Source: Synechococcus sp.
GTDB lineage: Bacteria > Cyanobacteriota > Cyanobacteriia > Thermostichales > PCC-7336
DNA: 64,000 nt
Direction: 5' to 3'
Assembly: GCA_051439605.1 (NCBI GenBank)
Contig: JBFRWN010000032.1
Coordinates: 1-64,000, forward strand
A program made the position numbers and the translations under genes. How positions within the stretch are numbered: the first letter of the stretch is position 1; each line of letters begins with the position of its first letter. Below the pieces are notes generated by a model. That model did no database searches. It had not been told where the DNA came from and saw nothing but the letters and a program-made list of their open reading frames with translations. Of the stretch, positions 1 to 10,864 are shown piece by piece.

Positions 1-177
1 TCTTTTTCAACTCACTATGAAATCAAAAGAATGCAAGTTCTAAAATAGTTGAGACTAGTTATATCCAGTGAACCTGAATATAATTCAAATCATAGAACAA
101 GCAGCAATTAAAATTTTGACGTAATAGTGGAATAGAACAAAATAGTTGTATTGAGCAGACTTTGGCAGTTGCAGATA

Positions 178-786
178 ATGTCTTTACTTACCCTTACGTA
201 CCGCTTGCTTCTGGGTTTTGGATTATCCTTGCTTCTCTACCAGGAAACTCCTAGTTCCGCCCAAACTGCCGAGCAACTCAAATACTCCATTGTGGAGTTG
301 GTCGATCGGGGCAACTATCCGGAGGCCTTTGAACAATTAAGCTGGTTGATTCCTCTCCTAGAAGATCCGAAAGAGAGGGAGACATACCTCCAGTACAAGG
401 AACAATTGATGACCTTTTACGCAGGTCTTTCCGAACTGGAAAAAATACAGCTTGAAATGGTTGGAGCGGGTCGAGAGCTGGCAAAGATGCACATGGGCGG
501 AGAAGCCCGCTATCAAGCGGCGATTGCAGGGGGCATTCCAACAGACAACACCGATAGTCTTGCATCGGTCTGCGAGCAGGAACTCCAGCAAAAAATGGAT
601 TTCCCCTATCCGTTGCGATTGACTAGCAAGCCTTGGGTAATTGCAATCGATGAGGGGATCTACAACATTTCTGGCATTATTTCAGGACCGGAGTGGGGTG
701 AAGTGACCATCCGCTGGCGATACCACTGTCTTGTACGTCACGACAGCCAAGGAATTCATATTCTGCGAGCCAATGCTTGGCTGTAG
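178..786 (+). CDS. Hypothetical exported/membrane-anchored protein
   Basis: ORF with hydrophobic N-terminus (LLLGFGLSLLLY..SSA) followed by a helical region; no recognisable family motif. ATG 178 preferred over TTG 151. Confidence 0.55.
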   Translation: MSLLTLTYRLLLGFGLSLLLYQETPSSAQTAEQLKYSIVELVDRGNYPEAFEQLSWLIPLLEDPKERETYLQYKEQLMTFYAGLSELEKIQLEMVGAGRELAKMHMGGEARYQAAIAGGIPTDNTDSLASVCEQELQQKMDFPYPLRLTSKPWVIAIDEGIYNISGIISGPEWGEVTIRWRYHCLVRHDSQGIHILRANAWL

Positions 787-829
787 CGATCGTCCAGTTG
801 CTCGGCACTCTCAGTAAAGCCCGCACATC

Positions 830-3751
830 TTAGCCAGCTAGCGCTTCCTCCTGAGGGGGATACTGTGCTAACACCTTTCGCAAATATTGACCTGTGTAGG
901 AACTAGGTTCTGCAGCCACTGACTCAGGTGTTCCAGAGGCAACAACCTGTCCTCCCCGATTCCCCCCCTCGGGCCCCAAGTCTACAATCCAGTCCGCACA
1001 GCGGATAATGTCCAGATTGTGCTCGATGACCAATACGGTATTTCCCGTCTCCACCAAGCGCTGCAATACATTCAGAAGCTTGTGTACATCGTAGAACGAT
1101 AGACCGTTCGAGGGTTCGTCCAACAAATACAGGGTTTTGCCCGTAGACCGCTTTGACAGCTCCGAAGCTAACTTAACCCGCTGCGCCTCACCTCCAGACA
1201 ACGTCGGAGCCGACTGACCCAGCCGGACGTAATTGAGGCCGACATCCTCCAGCGTTTGCAGAATTTTCTTGGCTGGGGCGATCGCCGAGAAAAATTCCAG
1301 CGCTTCGCTCACCGTCATGTTCAGCACGTCGGCGATTGTCTTGCCTTTGTAGCGCACCTGTAGCGTTTCTCGGCTATATCGCGTCCCGTTGCAGGCATCG
1401 CAAACCACATATACGTCAGGAAGGAAGTTCATTTCGATGACATTCACCCCCTGCCCCTTACAGGCTTCGCATCTCCCCCCCTTGACGTTGAAGGAAAAAT
1501 GACCCGGTTGATATCCACGCGCTTTCGCCTCAATGGTTTTAGCGAATGCTTGGCGAATGTGGTCGAACACCCCCGTATACGTAGCAGGATTCGATCGCGG
1601 GGTACGACCAATCGGCGACTGATCGATGACAATCACCTTATCGAGATTCTTGCTGCCTGCAAGCTTGCCGAGATCGGCAGGCATTGGCACTTTATGCCCT
1701 AACTGATGACGAATCGCTGGATACAGTAACTCGTTCACTAGCGTTGATTTGCCCGACCCCGATACCCCTGTGACGCACACCAGCCGCCCCAAGGGAAACT
1801 CCACATCAATATTTTTAAGGTTATTGCGGCAGGCGCTTTTGAGCAGCAGCTTTTGTTTCTTGTTCGATCTCCGCTGGCTGGGGGTGGGGATTTGCAATCG
1901 ACCGGATAAATAGCGACCGGTGACAGACAATTCACTACGGGCTATGTCCTCTATGCTCCCTTGAGCAACAATTTTCCCACCGTGCACCCCCGCACCGGGA
2001 CCGATATCTACGATGTGGTCTGCATCTCGCATGGTTTCTTCATCGTGTTCCACCACAATTAGGGTGTTGCCCAAATCCCGCAGTCGCTTCAGGGTTTCCA
2101 GCAGGCGGCTGTTATCTCGTTGGTGCAATCCAATCGAGGGTTCATCTAGCACGTAAAGGACCCCCGACAGACCCGCACCAATTTGTGTTGCCAGTCGAAT
2201 GCGCTGCGCCTCTCCGCCAGAGAGGGTCATGGCCGGTCGACCCAGAGTGAGGTAATCCAGCCCCACATCCAGCAAGAACTTCAGGCGAGCCCGGATTTCC
2301 CGCAGCACCAAATCGCCAATTTGAGTCTGACGGGGAGTGAGCTGCAGGTTATCGAGCCTTTCTAGGCACTCGTCAATCGGAAGATCGGTGAAGTCAGTGA
2401 TGCGATGGCCGCCAATTGTCACGGACAGCACTTCGGGCTTGAGGCGCGCTCCGTGACAGCTGGAGCAGGGGCGATCGATCAGATATTTCTCCAGCTTCTT
2501 GCGGTACACATCTGACTTGGATTCGCGGTAGTGGCGCTGCAGTTGAGGAATGACCCCTTCGTAGGTTTTGTAGTATCCCTTGGTGCTGCGGTAGCGGGAT
2601 TCGGCATCGATAAAAATCTCCTCATCAGAGCCGTAGAGCAACATGTGCTGATGCTCTGCAGAGAGACTATTCCAGCGGTCGCGGATATCGAATCCGTAAT
2701 GTTCGGCAACGGAAGACAGCAACGACAGGTAATAGGGATTGTCCTTTTCCGCCCAAGGAGCGATCGCCGCATAGATGGGCAAAGACGGGTCGGGAACGAT
2801 TAGGTCAGGATCGAAGGTAGGCACGTACCCCAAACCATGGCAGGCGGGACATGCTCCCAAGGGAGAGTTAAAGGAAAACAGCCGGGGGGAAAGCTCGTCC
2901 ATTACCGATCCGTGGGCAGGACAGGCAAATTTTTCCGAAAAGATCAGCTCGGTGACTTTACCCTCCACCTGATACTTGCCCACCGTCTCCGCCGCCTTGA
3001 GAATTTCGGTGGCTTCTTCTGGTTTCCGAGGGACAAGTTCTACTACGGCAACCCCCGCCGCCTCATGCAGACAGGTGGACAGCGAGTCCACCAGCCGTTC
3101 TTGAATCCCCTCTTTTTTCACCAGGCGATCGACAACAATCTCGATATCGTGGGGGGTGTTTTTCTTCAGCTTGATAGTGTCGCTCAATTCTTGGACCACA
3201 CCGTCCACCCGTACCCGCGCAAAACCACGCGAGGTCAGACTCGAAAGCAGGTTGGTATGGCTGCCCTTCTTACCCCGTATCACTGGTGCCAGCAGTTGAA
3301 ACCTAGTGCCGTCTGGCAGTTGCATCACCTGGTCGGCAATTTGGTCCACCGTTTGGGGGGTGATGGGGCGGGAACAGTGAGGGCAGTGAGGGTTACCTGC
3401 CCGACCAAACAGCAGACGGAGATAGTCGTAGATCTCCGTGACGGTACCCACTGTCGATCGCGGGTTGTGGCTGGTGGATTTCTGGTCGATGGAGATTGCC
3501 GGACTCAGTCCATCGATGCGCTCGACATCGGGTTTGTCCACTTGACCTAAAAACTGGCGGGCATAGGCACTGAGAGATTCAACGTAGCGCCGTTGTCCCT
3601 CAGCAAAGATGGTATCGAAGGCGAGGGAAGACTTTCCCGACCCCGAGACACCGGTAAACACCACCAGCTTGTCGCGCGGAATCGTGACATCGACATCTTT
3701 AAGGTTGTGCTGGCGGGCGCCAATGACTCGAATCTCGTTGCGATCGGGCAT
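830..3751 (-). CDS. uvrA: Excinuclease ABC subunit A
   Basis: Two Walker A motifs (GVSGSGKS twice), two LSGGEAQR signatures, Zn-finger CxxC pairs, N-terminal GARQHNLK. Confidence 0.99.
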   Translation of the reverse strand: MPDRNEIRVIGARQHNLKDVDVTIPRDKLVVFTGVSGSGKSSLAFDTIFAEGQRRYVESLSAYARQFLGQVDKPDVERIDGLSPAISIDQKSTSHNPRSTVGTVTEIYDYLRLLFGRAGNPHCPHCSRPITPQTVDQIADQVMQLPDGTRFQLLAPVIRGKKGSHTNLLSSLTSRGFARVRVDGVVQELSDTIKLKKNTPHDIEIVVDRLVKKEGIQERLVDSLSTCLHEAAGVAVVELVPRKPEEATEILKAAETVGKYQVEGKVTELIFSEKFACPAHGSVMDELSPRLFSFNSPLGACPACHGLGYVPTFDPDLIVPDPSLPIYAAIAPWAEKDNPYYLSLLSSVAEHYGFDIRDRWNSLSAEHQHMLLYGSDEEIFIDAESRYRSTKGYYKTYEGVIPQLQRHYRESKSDVYRKKLEKYLIDRPCSSCHGARLKPEVLSVTIGGHRITDFTDLPIDECLERLDNLQLTPRQTQIGDLVLREIRARLKFLLDVGLDYLTLGRPAMTLSGGEAQRIRLATQIGAGLSGVLYVLDEPSIGLHQRDNSRLLETLKRLRDLGNTLIVVEHDEETMRDADHIVDIGPGAGVHGGKIVAQGSIEDIARSELSVTGRYLSGRLQIPTPSQRRSNKKQKLLLKSACRNNLKNIDVEFPLGRLVCVTGVSGSGKSTLVNELLYPAIRHQLGHKVPMPADLGKLAGSKNLDKVIVIDQSPIGRTPRSNPATYTGVFDHIRQAFAKTIEAKARGYQPGHFSFNVKGGRCEACKGQGVNVIEMNFLPDVYVVCDACNGTRYSRETLQVRYKGKTIADVLNMTVSEALEFFSAIAPAKKILQTLEDVGLNYVRLGQSAPTLSGGEAQRVKLASELSKRSTGKTLYLLDEPSNGLSFYDVHKLLNVLQRLVETGNTVLVIEHNLDIIRCADWIVDLGPEGGNRGGQVVASGTPESVAAEPSSYTGQYLRKVLAQYPPQEEALAG

Positions 3752-4016
3752 GAGGTCAGGACTAAGTACTTTTACTAATGGTAACGGAGGTCTTCGATGT
3801 CCATAGCCTTGTGGAGTGATGCCTTAAGGATTGCTAGACAGTGGTAGCTGAAGCCATCTCAGCGCGAGGAAGATAATACCCTTGCCCTATAGAGAGGGCA
3901 AGATAGCTGAGATGGCTTCAGCGACTTGGCATCAAACTTTCTGCATAAAATATGCAATTGCTTATGTAAAAAAAATGCTTTTGTTATCATCGGAATACAG
4001 GTCCGACACAAAATTA

Positions 4017-4454
4017 ATGGACTGGCGACAGGTTCTGGAACAACTGGGCGATAGCCCACAAGACGATTCGGTGGGCGTTCTCGAATCTCTGAAACGGCTG
4101 AATGAAACCGTTACGGAAGCTCTGTTGGCATCCATTAAAGAGGAACCGGACCAAGCTCGCGAGAAAACTCTCGCTGCTTTACCTCAACTATTAGCAGCGC
4201 TGCATTCTTTGGGAGTCAACCCAGTCCAGGCTCTCCGCCATCAACCCGAGCTGGCTCGGACTTCTCAACGTCTAATCTACATCGAAGGCAACCGGGTGGA
4301 GGTGCGGGTGAATGATGAACTGAGGGGCAGTTGGAGTATTTGGTCAATTGCCGATCTCAAAGATGTCTGTCGGCTGGCGGAGGAGTTTGACTGCGGGCTG
4401 GTTTACTCAATAATCGGCGACCTGACAGGCCCTGCTCCGTCGGAAAAACAGTAA
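4017..4454 (+). CDS. Hypothetical protein
   Basis: ORF divergent from uvrA; protein-like sequence from ATG 4017 (MDWRQVLEQ), helical N-half and small beta C-domain. Confidence 0.6.
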   Translation: MDWRQVLEQLGDSPQDDSVGVLESLKRLNETVTEALLASIKEEPDQAREKTLAALPQLLAALHSLGVNPVQALRHQPELARTSQRLIYIEGNRVEVRVNDELRGSWSIWSIADLKDVCRLAEEFDCGLVYSIIGDLTGPAPSEKQ

Positions 4455-4559
4455 CCCAAACAGATGCGATCGTTTCAGGTTAGATAGCCAGAATGCATGG
4501 CCAGTCAGGGTTATAGGCTATTGATAGTGTCATCAGCGATTTGACAATCGTTATAGCTC

Positions 4560-5399
4560 TTGAGCGATCCCCAAAGACTGCAAAAAATACTCGCCCGCTG
4601 GGGGGTGGCATCGCGGCGGCAGGCGGAAGTCATGATTCTCGATGGGCGCGTGACTGTCAACGGTGAGGTTGTCCGGCAACTGGGTACTAAAGCCGATCCC
4701 GATCGCGATCGCATCGTTGTTGACGGCACCCCCCTCAGTCCTTCCGTCCCTACTCGTACAGACAAATCACAGCAAGCTCACAAAGCAGCGATTGCTCCCC
4801 CGAAGCTGAGATATCTCTTACTGAACAAACCTCTGGGGGTGATTTCCACCTGCTCCGATCCCAAAGGCCGCAAAACAGTCCTCGATCTATTGCCTAAACA
4901 GTGGCGATCTCAGACGCGTTTTTTCCCTGTCGGTCGCCTCGATGCCGCCAGCACCGGAGCTCTGCTGCTCACCAATGATGGGGATTTGACCCTGAAGTTA
5001 ACCCATCCCCGTTACCACCTGCCGAAAACCTATCGCGTGGTGGTGGAAGGTATCCCGTCAGAACCTGTCTTGGAGCAGTGGAGACAGGGGGTGGAGCTGG
5101 AGGATGGTCTGACATTGCCCGCCCAAGTGTTTAAAGAACGCGTCCTCTCCTCTCGTCACCGCACAATTCTGAAGATAGTCTTACAGGAGGGGCGCAATCG
5201 CCAAATTCGGCGCGTCGCTGAACGGTTAGGGCATCCAGTCATTAACTTGCATCGCGAAGCAATCGGGCCACTAAAACTGGCGGAGCTGCCTCTGGGACAC
5301 TATCGGCTTCTTAAAGCTGCAGAGCTCCGTAGGCTTCAGGAAGAAGGAGATAGACCCAATCGACATCTTCGAAATCAACCGTTCAACCATCAGCACTAG
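4560..5399 (+). CDS. rRNA pseudouridine synthase, RsuA/RluB family with S4 domain
   Basis: RLQKILARWGVASRRQAE (S4 domain), LLNKPLG, catalytic PVGRLD, EGRNRQIRR. Confidence 0.95.
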   Translation: MSDPQRLQKILARWGVASRRQAEVMILDGRVTVNGEVVRQLGTKADPDRDRIVVDGTPLSPSVPTRTDKSQQAHKAAIAPPKLRYLLLNKPLGVISTCSDPKGRKTVLDLLPKQWRSQTRFFPVGRLDAASTGALLLTNDGDLTLKLTHPRYHLPKTYRVVVEGIPSEPVLEQWRQGVELEDGLTLPAQVFKERVLSSRHRTILKIVLQEGRNRQIRRVAERLGHPVINLHREAIGPLKLAELPLGHYRLLKAAELRRLQEEGDRPNRHLRNQPFNHQH

Positions 5400-5600
5400 C
5401 GATCTCCGCGACACCAACTGTTCAGATGACACAAGACGCAATCCGCTGAACTCAGTTCAGCAGTTAACTAGGAGGCACCCGCTAAAACTACCACCTGCAG
5501 ATAATCTCCCCGCCTGTTGCTCGCACTCACTGTTCAACCCACTCGTTTTTTCAACCCACTCATTGTTTCAAACACACATCGATCGATTGGTGAGTCAAAC

Positions 5601-6494
5601 ATGGTTAGTCTGAACGCGATCGCTCAAACTCCCGCCCAAACTTCCGCCCAAACTTCTCACGCTGAGAAACATTTTCCTAGGGCAGATGTATTAATCGAGA
5701 TAGGTAGATTACTGCGGGAACATCGCATTGCTCAGGGGAAAACGTTTGAAGAAGTGTCCCACGTCGTTTTTATTCGCCCGGTGTTTTTGCAGGGTCTGGA
5801 AGCTGGCAATTGGGAGGCATTACCCGAAAGGGTCTACGTGCGTGGATTTGTGAAAGCCTATGGGAATTACCTCGGACTGGATGGGGCGGCACTAGCTAAA
5901 CACCTCACCAATGGCGATTGTGCACAGAAGCAGAAGCGATCGCGAAAACGCAGCCCCATCCGCTTCCAGCTGCGGCCCATACATGCCTGGTTAGCTTATG
6001 TGCTCTTGGTGGTTGGGGCGGTGGGGGGAATCACCCAGTTTTTGGATGGTCCCTCGTTCGCCCCCGCCTACCCGGATTTTGAGCCAGACTTTTCCCGCTA
6101 CCAACCCGAAGAGCCGGTTATCGAAGATCCTCCATCTCCTGCTTCCAATGACTTGACCTCTATTGCTGGTGTATTCCCCCAACTGAAAGAACAGGCAATA
6201 GAACCTATCAAACACAGAGTGCCTGAAGCCCCTCTAGCAGTGGGGATCCAAGTGATCGATAACGCGGCATGGGTAAAAGTGGTGGCCGATCTGGAAACTG
6301 TCTTCGAGGGAACGTTAGACCCCGGAGAAGAGCGGGCGTGGATGGCGGATGCTTCGATACGGTTCAGAACGGGGAATGCGGGTAGCGTCATCCTCAGCTT
6401 GAATGGTGAGACGTTGGGCAAGTTAGGAGAACCAGGACAGGTCCTGGAGCAGCTGTTTAAGTTGACCCGCGACGGAACAGTTGAAGTCTACTGA
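5601..6494 (+). CDS. rodZ: RodZ-like cell-shape protein (HTH, TM, DUF4115)
   Basis: HTH with LEAGNWEALPERVYVRGFVKAYGNYLGLD, single TM, C-terminal WVKVVAD..FEGTL..RTGNAG. Confidence 0.85.
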   Translation: MVSLNAIAQTPAQTSAQTSHAEKHFPRADVLIEIGRLLREHRIAQGKTFEEVSHVVFIRPVFLQGLEAGNWEALPERVYVRGFVKAYGNYLGLDGAALAKHLTNGDCAQKQKRSRKRSPIRFQLRPIHAWLAYVLLVVGAVGGITQFLDGPSFAPAYPDFEPDFSRYQPEEPVIEDPPSPASNDLTSIAGVFPQLKEQAIEPIKHRVPEAPLAVGIQVIDNAAWVKVVADLETVFEGTLDPGEERAWMADASIRFRTGNAGSVILSLNGETLGKLGEPGQVLEQLFKLTRDGTVEVY

Positions 6495-6680
6495 TCGTCT
6501 TTCAGCACTTCATTTTCAGCACCACATATATAGGCCCTGAGAATACCGATCGCCTTAGCCCAAGCTCACATCCCTACTCATCGCAAAAGTATGAAATCTG
6601 CTGCATGACCTCGAACGTGGGACAGTGTATAAGCTCCTTTCACCGTCCATCTCTCGTATCGGTTGCCTTCTTCAATTGCC

Positions 6681-7421
6681 ATGTATGTTGACCAACAGAT
6701 TCTGCCGAACATATACGCATTTCGTCCCAACCGAGAGACGTTGGGAGGAACATCCTACCTAATCGTTCGATCGCCCTCTGAAGAGCCTGCGCAGAACTCT
6801 GCTGACATTCAATCTGCAGATGATGAATCTGCCGGTCTTGAATCGGGTGAATTTGAAAATGTGCTAGTTGATTGTCCGGCACCAACCGAAGCTGCGATCG
6901 ATCGCATCAAAGAGCTCGGAGGGGTAAAGTGGCTGCTGTTGACGCACCGCACAGCGATGGGGAAACCAGGCTCCAGCAAATCCTGTGTTGCCCAGTGCGT
7001 GGCTCAGTTGGGTTGCCAAGTCATCGTGCAGGAGCAGGAGACTTATCTCTTGACGAGTTTGGAGGTTTGTTCCTTTAGCACCATTCTCGATCTGGTCCCA
7101 GACCTGCAATGTATCTGGACCCCTGGACATACCCCCGGTTCCACCTGCGTCTTTTACCGCGGGCTAGGGGGAGTGCTATTCACCGGACGACATCTGCTTC
7201 CCAACGATACGGGTCAACTGGTCCCTATCCGTCAACCGAAGACCTTCCACTGGTCGCGTCAATTACGTAGCATTAGCCGTCTCTTGGAGACAATCAAAGC
7301 ACCGGCCCCACAATGGATTTGCCCCGGCGGGAATTTAGGCAAACTGCGCGGAGACAAAATGATGGATGCGGGTCGAGATCGCCTGCAGAAAGCATTGCAG
7401 CTTGTGGCCCAAACTCTCTAG
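6681..7421 (+). CDS. MBL-fold metallo-hydrolase (degenerate metal motif)
   Basis: PNRETLGGTSY, LVDCP, LLTHR, WTPGHTPGS, VLFTGRH; the HxHxDH motif is incomplete. Confidence 0.8.
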   Translation: MYVDQQILPNIYAFRPNRETLGGTSYLIVRSPSEEPAQNSADIQSADDESAGLESGEFENVLVDCPAPTEAAIDRIKELGGVKWLLLTHRTAMGKPGSSKSCVAQCVAQLGCQVIVQEQETYLLTSLEVCSFSTILDLVPDLQCIWTPGHTPGSTCVFYRGLGGVLFTGRHLLPNDTGQLVPIRQPKTFHWSRQLRSISRLLETIKAPAPQWICPGGNLGKLRGDKMMDAGRDRLQKALQLVAQTL

Positions 7422-7583
7422 TCTTGGCCCCCAATTAAACAGGGATCTGCTGGGAAACGCACGCTCGAAACAGTTCCCTGTAGGAGCTTATCCTGATATG
7501 AATTAACGTCAGAATATTGCCGCACATCACCATCGTAGAAAATCGCTTTTCCATATCCGCGTTTTGGAGGTGCGTAGAGCAAA

Positions 7584-8132
7584 ATGGATAAGACTCGCAC
7601 TAACATCACCCCTCTACCTCACAAGGGTTCCCATTTCAGTGCCGTGGGGCTGGTCGCTATCTTGGTCACTGTCGTCCTCATCGGTAGTGTCATTCTCTTT
7701 CGTCCTGTTTGGAAACTGCATCTGCTCGGGTACATCCCTTACAGGCTAGGATTTCTAGAGTCTCGAAGTAGGAAATCCCCCGGTATGCAAAGTTTGCCAT
7801 CGGTATCGGTCACGGAATTACAAAGTATCTTGGCGAAAGCAGACGGCGACATACAGCTGATTGATGTCCGAGAACCTCAAGAACTGGCGATCGCCAACCT
7901 CAATCACTTGGGATTTCAAAACTATCCGTTGGGCTCCTACGAACAGTGGAGAGAATCCATCGTGGATGACCTCAAACTCGGCGTTCCCACCTACGTCCTC
8001 TGCCACCACGGCATGCGATCTGCCCAAATGACCGCATGGCTTATCGATCGAGGGTTTACTGACGTGACGAACATCAGCGGTGGTATCGCCGCTTGGTCCT
8101 CCCAGGTGGACCCAGCCGTACCCCAGTACTAA
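7584..8132 (+). CDS. Rhodanese-like domain protein (possible N-terminal TM anchor; alternative start ATG 7785)
   Basis: LIDVRE, active-site CHHGMRS, GGIAAWS..VDPAVPQY. Confidence 0.85.
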   Translation: MDKTRTNITPLPHKGSHFSAVGLVAILVTVVLIGSVILFRPVWKLHLLGYIPYRLGFLESRSRKSPGMQSLPSVSVTELQSILAKADGDIQLIDVREPQELAIANLNHLGFQNYPLGSYEQWRESIVDDLKLGVPTYVLCHHGMRSAQMTAWLIDRGFTDVTNISGGIAAWSSQVDPAVPQY

Positions 8133-8183
8133 GACCTATTCTCCTGCAGGGGATATTTCTACAGATTTGCTTCCTCCATTTGC

Positions 8184-9101
8184 ATGCCACTGCCCATCGT
8201 TTACCATCCGGACTACGTTGCTACCATCCCCAAGCAGCATCGCTTCCCCATGCCGAAGTTCAAGCTGCTATTCGACATGCTGCAACAGGCGGGCATCGCC
8301 AAACCCGAGTGGCACTTTTTGCCGGATATGCCCAGCCGTGACACCCTTCATTTGGTCCATGCCCCCGAGTATGTAGCGGCCTACTGTAACGGCACCCTCG
8401 ATCCCAAAGCCCTGCGCCGCATTGGTTTGCCCTGGAATGAGGCTGTGGTGCGCCGTACCTGCCGGGCAATTGGCGGCACCGTGGAGGTTGCTAAGCTAGC
8501 CCTCCAGTACGGACTCGCCTGCAATACCGCTGGCGGCACCCACCATGCCTTTCCCAGCTACGGTTCGGGGTTTTGCATTTTCAACGACATCGCGATCGCC
8601 GCCAAAGTTTTGCAACAGCAAAAACTCGCACAGCGCATACTGATCGTGGATTTAGACGTACATCAGGGGGATGGGTCGGCGGTCATTTTTCAGAATGACC
8701 CCGATGTATTTACGTTCTCAATGCACTGTCAGGCCAACTTCCCCGGTACTAAACAGCAAAGTTCTCTGGACGTGCCGCTGCCCATCGGCATGGAGGACGA
8801 AGCTTACCTGCAGCAGCTCGATGCCTATCTCCCGGATTTGCTATCGCAGTTCAAGCCAGACATCGTATTTTTTGATGCCGGTGTCGATCCGCACGAAAGC
8901 GATCGCCTCGGCAAACTCGCACTCACCAACACCGGCCTATACAGGCGGGAAATGCAGGTGCTCAGCAGTTGCGTCAAAGCTGGCTATCCAGTGGCCTGCG
9001 TGATTGGTGGCGGGTATGCCAGTGACATGAACGAGCTAGTCTACCGCCACTCCCTACTGCATCGAGCGGCCAATGATGTGTTTCAACACTATCGACTGTA
9101 G
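8184..9101 (+). CDS. Histone deacetylase family protein
   Basis: HRFPMPKF, GGTHHA, GFCIFND, DLDVHQGDG, GVDPH..DRLG, IGGGY. Confidence 0.95.
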   Translation: MPLPIVYHPDYVATIPKQHRFPMPKFKLLFDMLQQAGIAKPEWHFLPDMPSRDTLHLVHAPEYVAAYCNGTLDPKALRRIGLPWNEAVVRRTCRAIGGTVEVAKLALQYGLACNTAGGTHHAFPSYGSGFCIFNDIAIAAKVLQQQKLAQRILIVDLDVHQGDGSAVIFQNDPDVFTFSMHCQANFPGTKQQSSLDVPLPIGMEDEAYLQQLDAYLPDLLSQFKPDIVFFDAGVDPHESDRLGKLALTNTGLYRREMQVLSSCVKAGYPVACVIGGGYASDMNELVYRHSLLHRAANDVFQHYRL

Positions 9102-9297
9102 CTGGAGGATTCCCTGTTTTGCCTCGTAGCAGACATCAGTCACTAAACCTACGAACGACTACATTATTTTGTTGCTACGTTCAGGCAGAGAAAAGACTGT
9201 TCAGATTTTACTTTGTGAAATAAGTGAATCCACATAAAATGTTGAAGCCAGGCAGTTTTTTGCGCCTCTATATACTGCTCTAATTGAATAGCGATTC

Positions 9298-10812
9298 ATG
9301 TACCCAAGAATCTCGCGGTCGAAAATAAAACTGCTGCTAGCGGGTATTGTTGTGGCTTTGTTGTTATTCAGGCCCTCGCTCGGTGCAGTAAAACTGACTC
9401 ATCCACCTGTAGACCCGAGAGTGCTGCATGCAATCAACCGTTTGAGTTACGGTCCCAGACCAGGAGATATCGAACGAGTGCAGCAGATGGGGGTAGAGGC
9501 CTACATTGAGGAGCAACTTCACCCAGAGACAATCCCTTTGCCAAGCAATCTCGTGCAAAAGTTGGACGCACTACCTGCCTTAAATGCAAGCATGCTGGAT
9601 TTGCTCAAATCATTCTTTGAAAAAGATCGTTATCCAGTACCGCCAGGGGCCAAAAAGCGAACCGAATCTGCTCGTAGAGATGTTGTAGTTGCACGGTATA
9701 TGCGAGCGCTTGCCAGTCCTCGCCAACTGGAAGAAGTCATGGTGGACTTCTGGTTCAATCATTTCAATGTTTATATTGCAAACGCAAAGAAAAATTGGGT
9801 TGCTTCTTACGAGCAGACAGCAATCCGACCTCACATTTGGGGGAATTTCCGGGAATTGTTGGAGGCAACCGCGAAACACCCTGCGATGCTGTATTACTTG
9901 GATAATTGGCTCAACACCGCCCCCAACAGTCCTAGCAGTAGCGATCTCTTTCAAGGGCTGAACGAGAACTACGCTCGCGAGTTATTGGAACTACACACTT
10001 TAGGTGTTGATGGGGGATACACCCAACAGGATGTCGAAGCTCTGGCCCGCATCTTGACTGGCTGGAGCATCCTGCGTATGAATAACAACCCAGAAGTGCA
10101 GCGGGCAGTCGATTTGCATCATCAAAACGATGAAAATTCAACCTTTCCCGGCTTTGTCTTCAATGATTTTCGCCACGATACCAGCAACAAAGTTTTTCTG
10201 GGCATTTCAATTATTGGTAGTGGTATCGAAGAGGGAGAGAAAGTACTCGATATTCTAGCCAGCCATCCCTCAACAGCTCGCCATATCAGCTATAAGTTAG
10301 CGCAGTATTTTGTCGCAGACCTTCCACCTCCTGCGCTGGTGGACCGATTGGCCCAACGATTCCTCCAAACTGATGGCAATCTTAGAGAAGTTATGAGCAC
10401 GTTGTTGCACAGTTCCGAGTTTTGGGACCCACAGTACTATGGCTCTAAATTCAAAACTCCTTATGAATATTGCATCTCGGCTTTGCGAGCTGCAGGATCG
10501 ACCCCCAAAAATCCTGTCAGGAATTTTGAAAATCGTGACATTGCTCGTTGGTTAAGAAGGATGGGGATGCCGCTATACGGCTCGCGCGCACCGACTGGCT
10601 ACCCTAACACACAAGAAGAGTGGCTAAATTCAGACGCCATGCTGAAGAGAACTGATTTGGCCAATGCACTAGGTCGCAGAGTTGCTGTTGAAACCATTGA
10701 CCAATCCATTGGTTCAATGCTCTCCTCCGATACGCAAGCTGTCATCGCCCAAAAGCCACCTCAATGGAGGGGGGCTCTCATGTTGGGTAGTCCAGAGATG
10801 CTATATCGGTAG
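9298..10812 (+). CDS. DUF1800 family protein
   Basis: RLSYGPRPGD, QLEEVMVDFWFNHFNV, HPAMLYYLDN, NENYARELLELHTLGVDGGYTQQDV, KFKTPYE. Confidence 0.93.
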   Translation: MYPRISRSKIKLLLAGIVVALLLFRPSLGAVKLTHPPVDPRVLHAINRLSYGPRPGDIERVQQMGVEAYIEEQLHPETIPLPSNLVQKLDALPALNASMLDLLKSFFEKDRYPVPPGAKKRTESARRDVVVARYMRALASPRQLEEVMVDFWFNHFNVYIANAKKNWVASYEQTAIRPHIWGNFRELLEATAKHPAMLYYLDNWLNTAPNSPSSSDLFQGLNENYARELLELHTLGVDGGYTQQDVEALARILTGWSILRMNNNPEVQRAVDLHHQNDENSTFPGFVFNDFRHDTSNKVFLGISIIGSGIEEGEKVLDILASHPSTARHISYKLAQYFVADLPPPALVDRLAQRFLQTDGNLREVMSTLLHSSEFWDPQYYGSKFKTPYEYCISALRAAGSTPKNPVRNFENRDIARWLRRMGMPLYGSRAPTGYPNTQEEWLNSDAMLKRTDLANALGRRVAVETIDQSIGSMLSSDTQAVIAQKPPQWRGALMLGSPEMLYR

Positions 10813-10864
10813 TCTGGCCTTCGATAGCGGTCAGGTTTAAATAAGCAAATCTTGGGGTTTGACC

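Noticed and set aside
3758..3776. LexA box upstream of uvrA (AGGAC-taa-GTACT)
   Set aside because: Half-sites look right but the spacer is one base shorter than the cyanobacterial RGTAC-N3-DGTWCB consensus.
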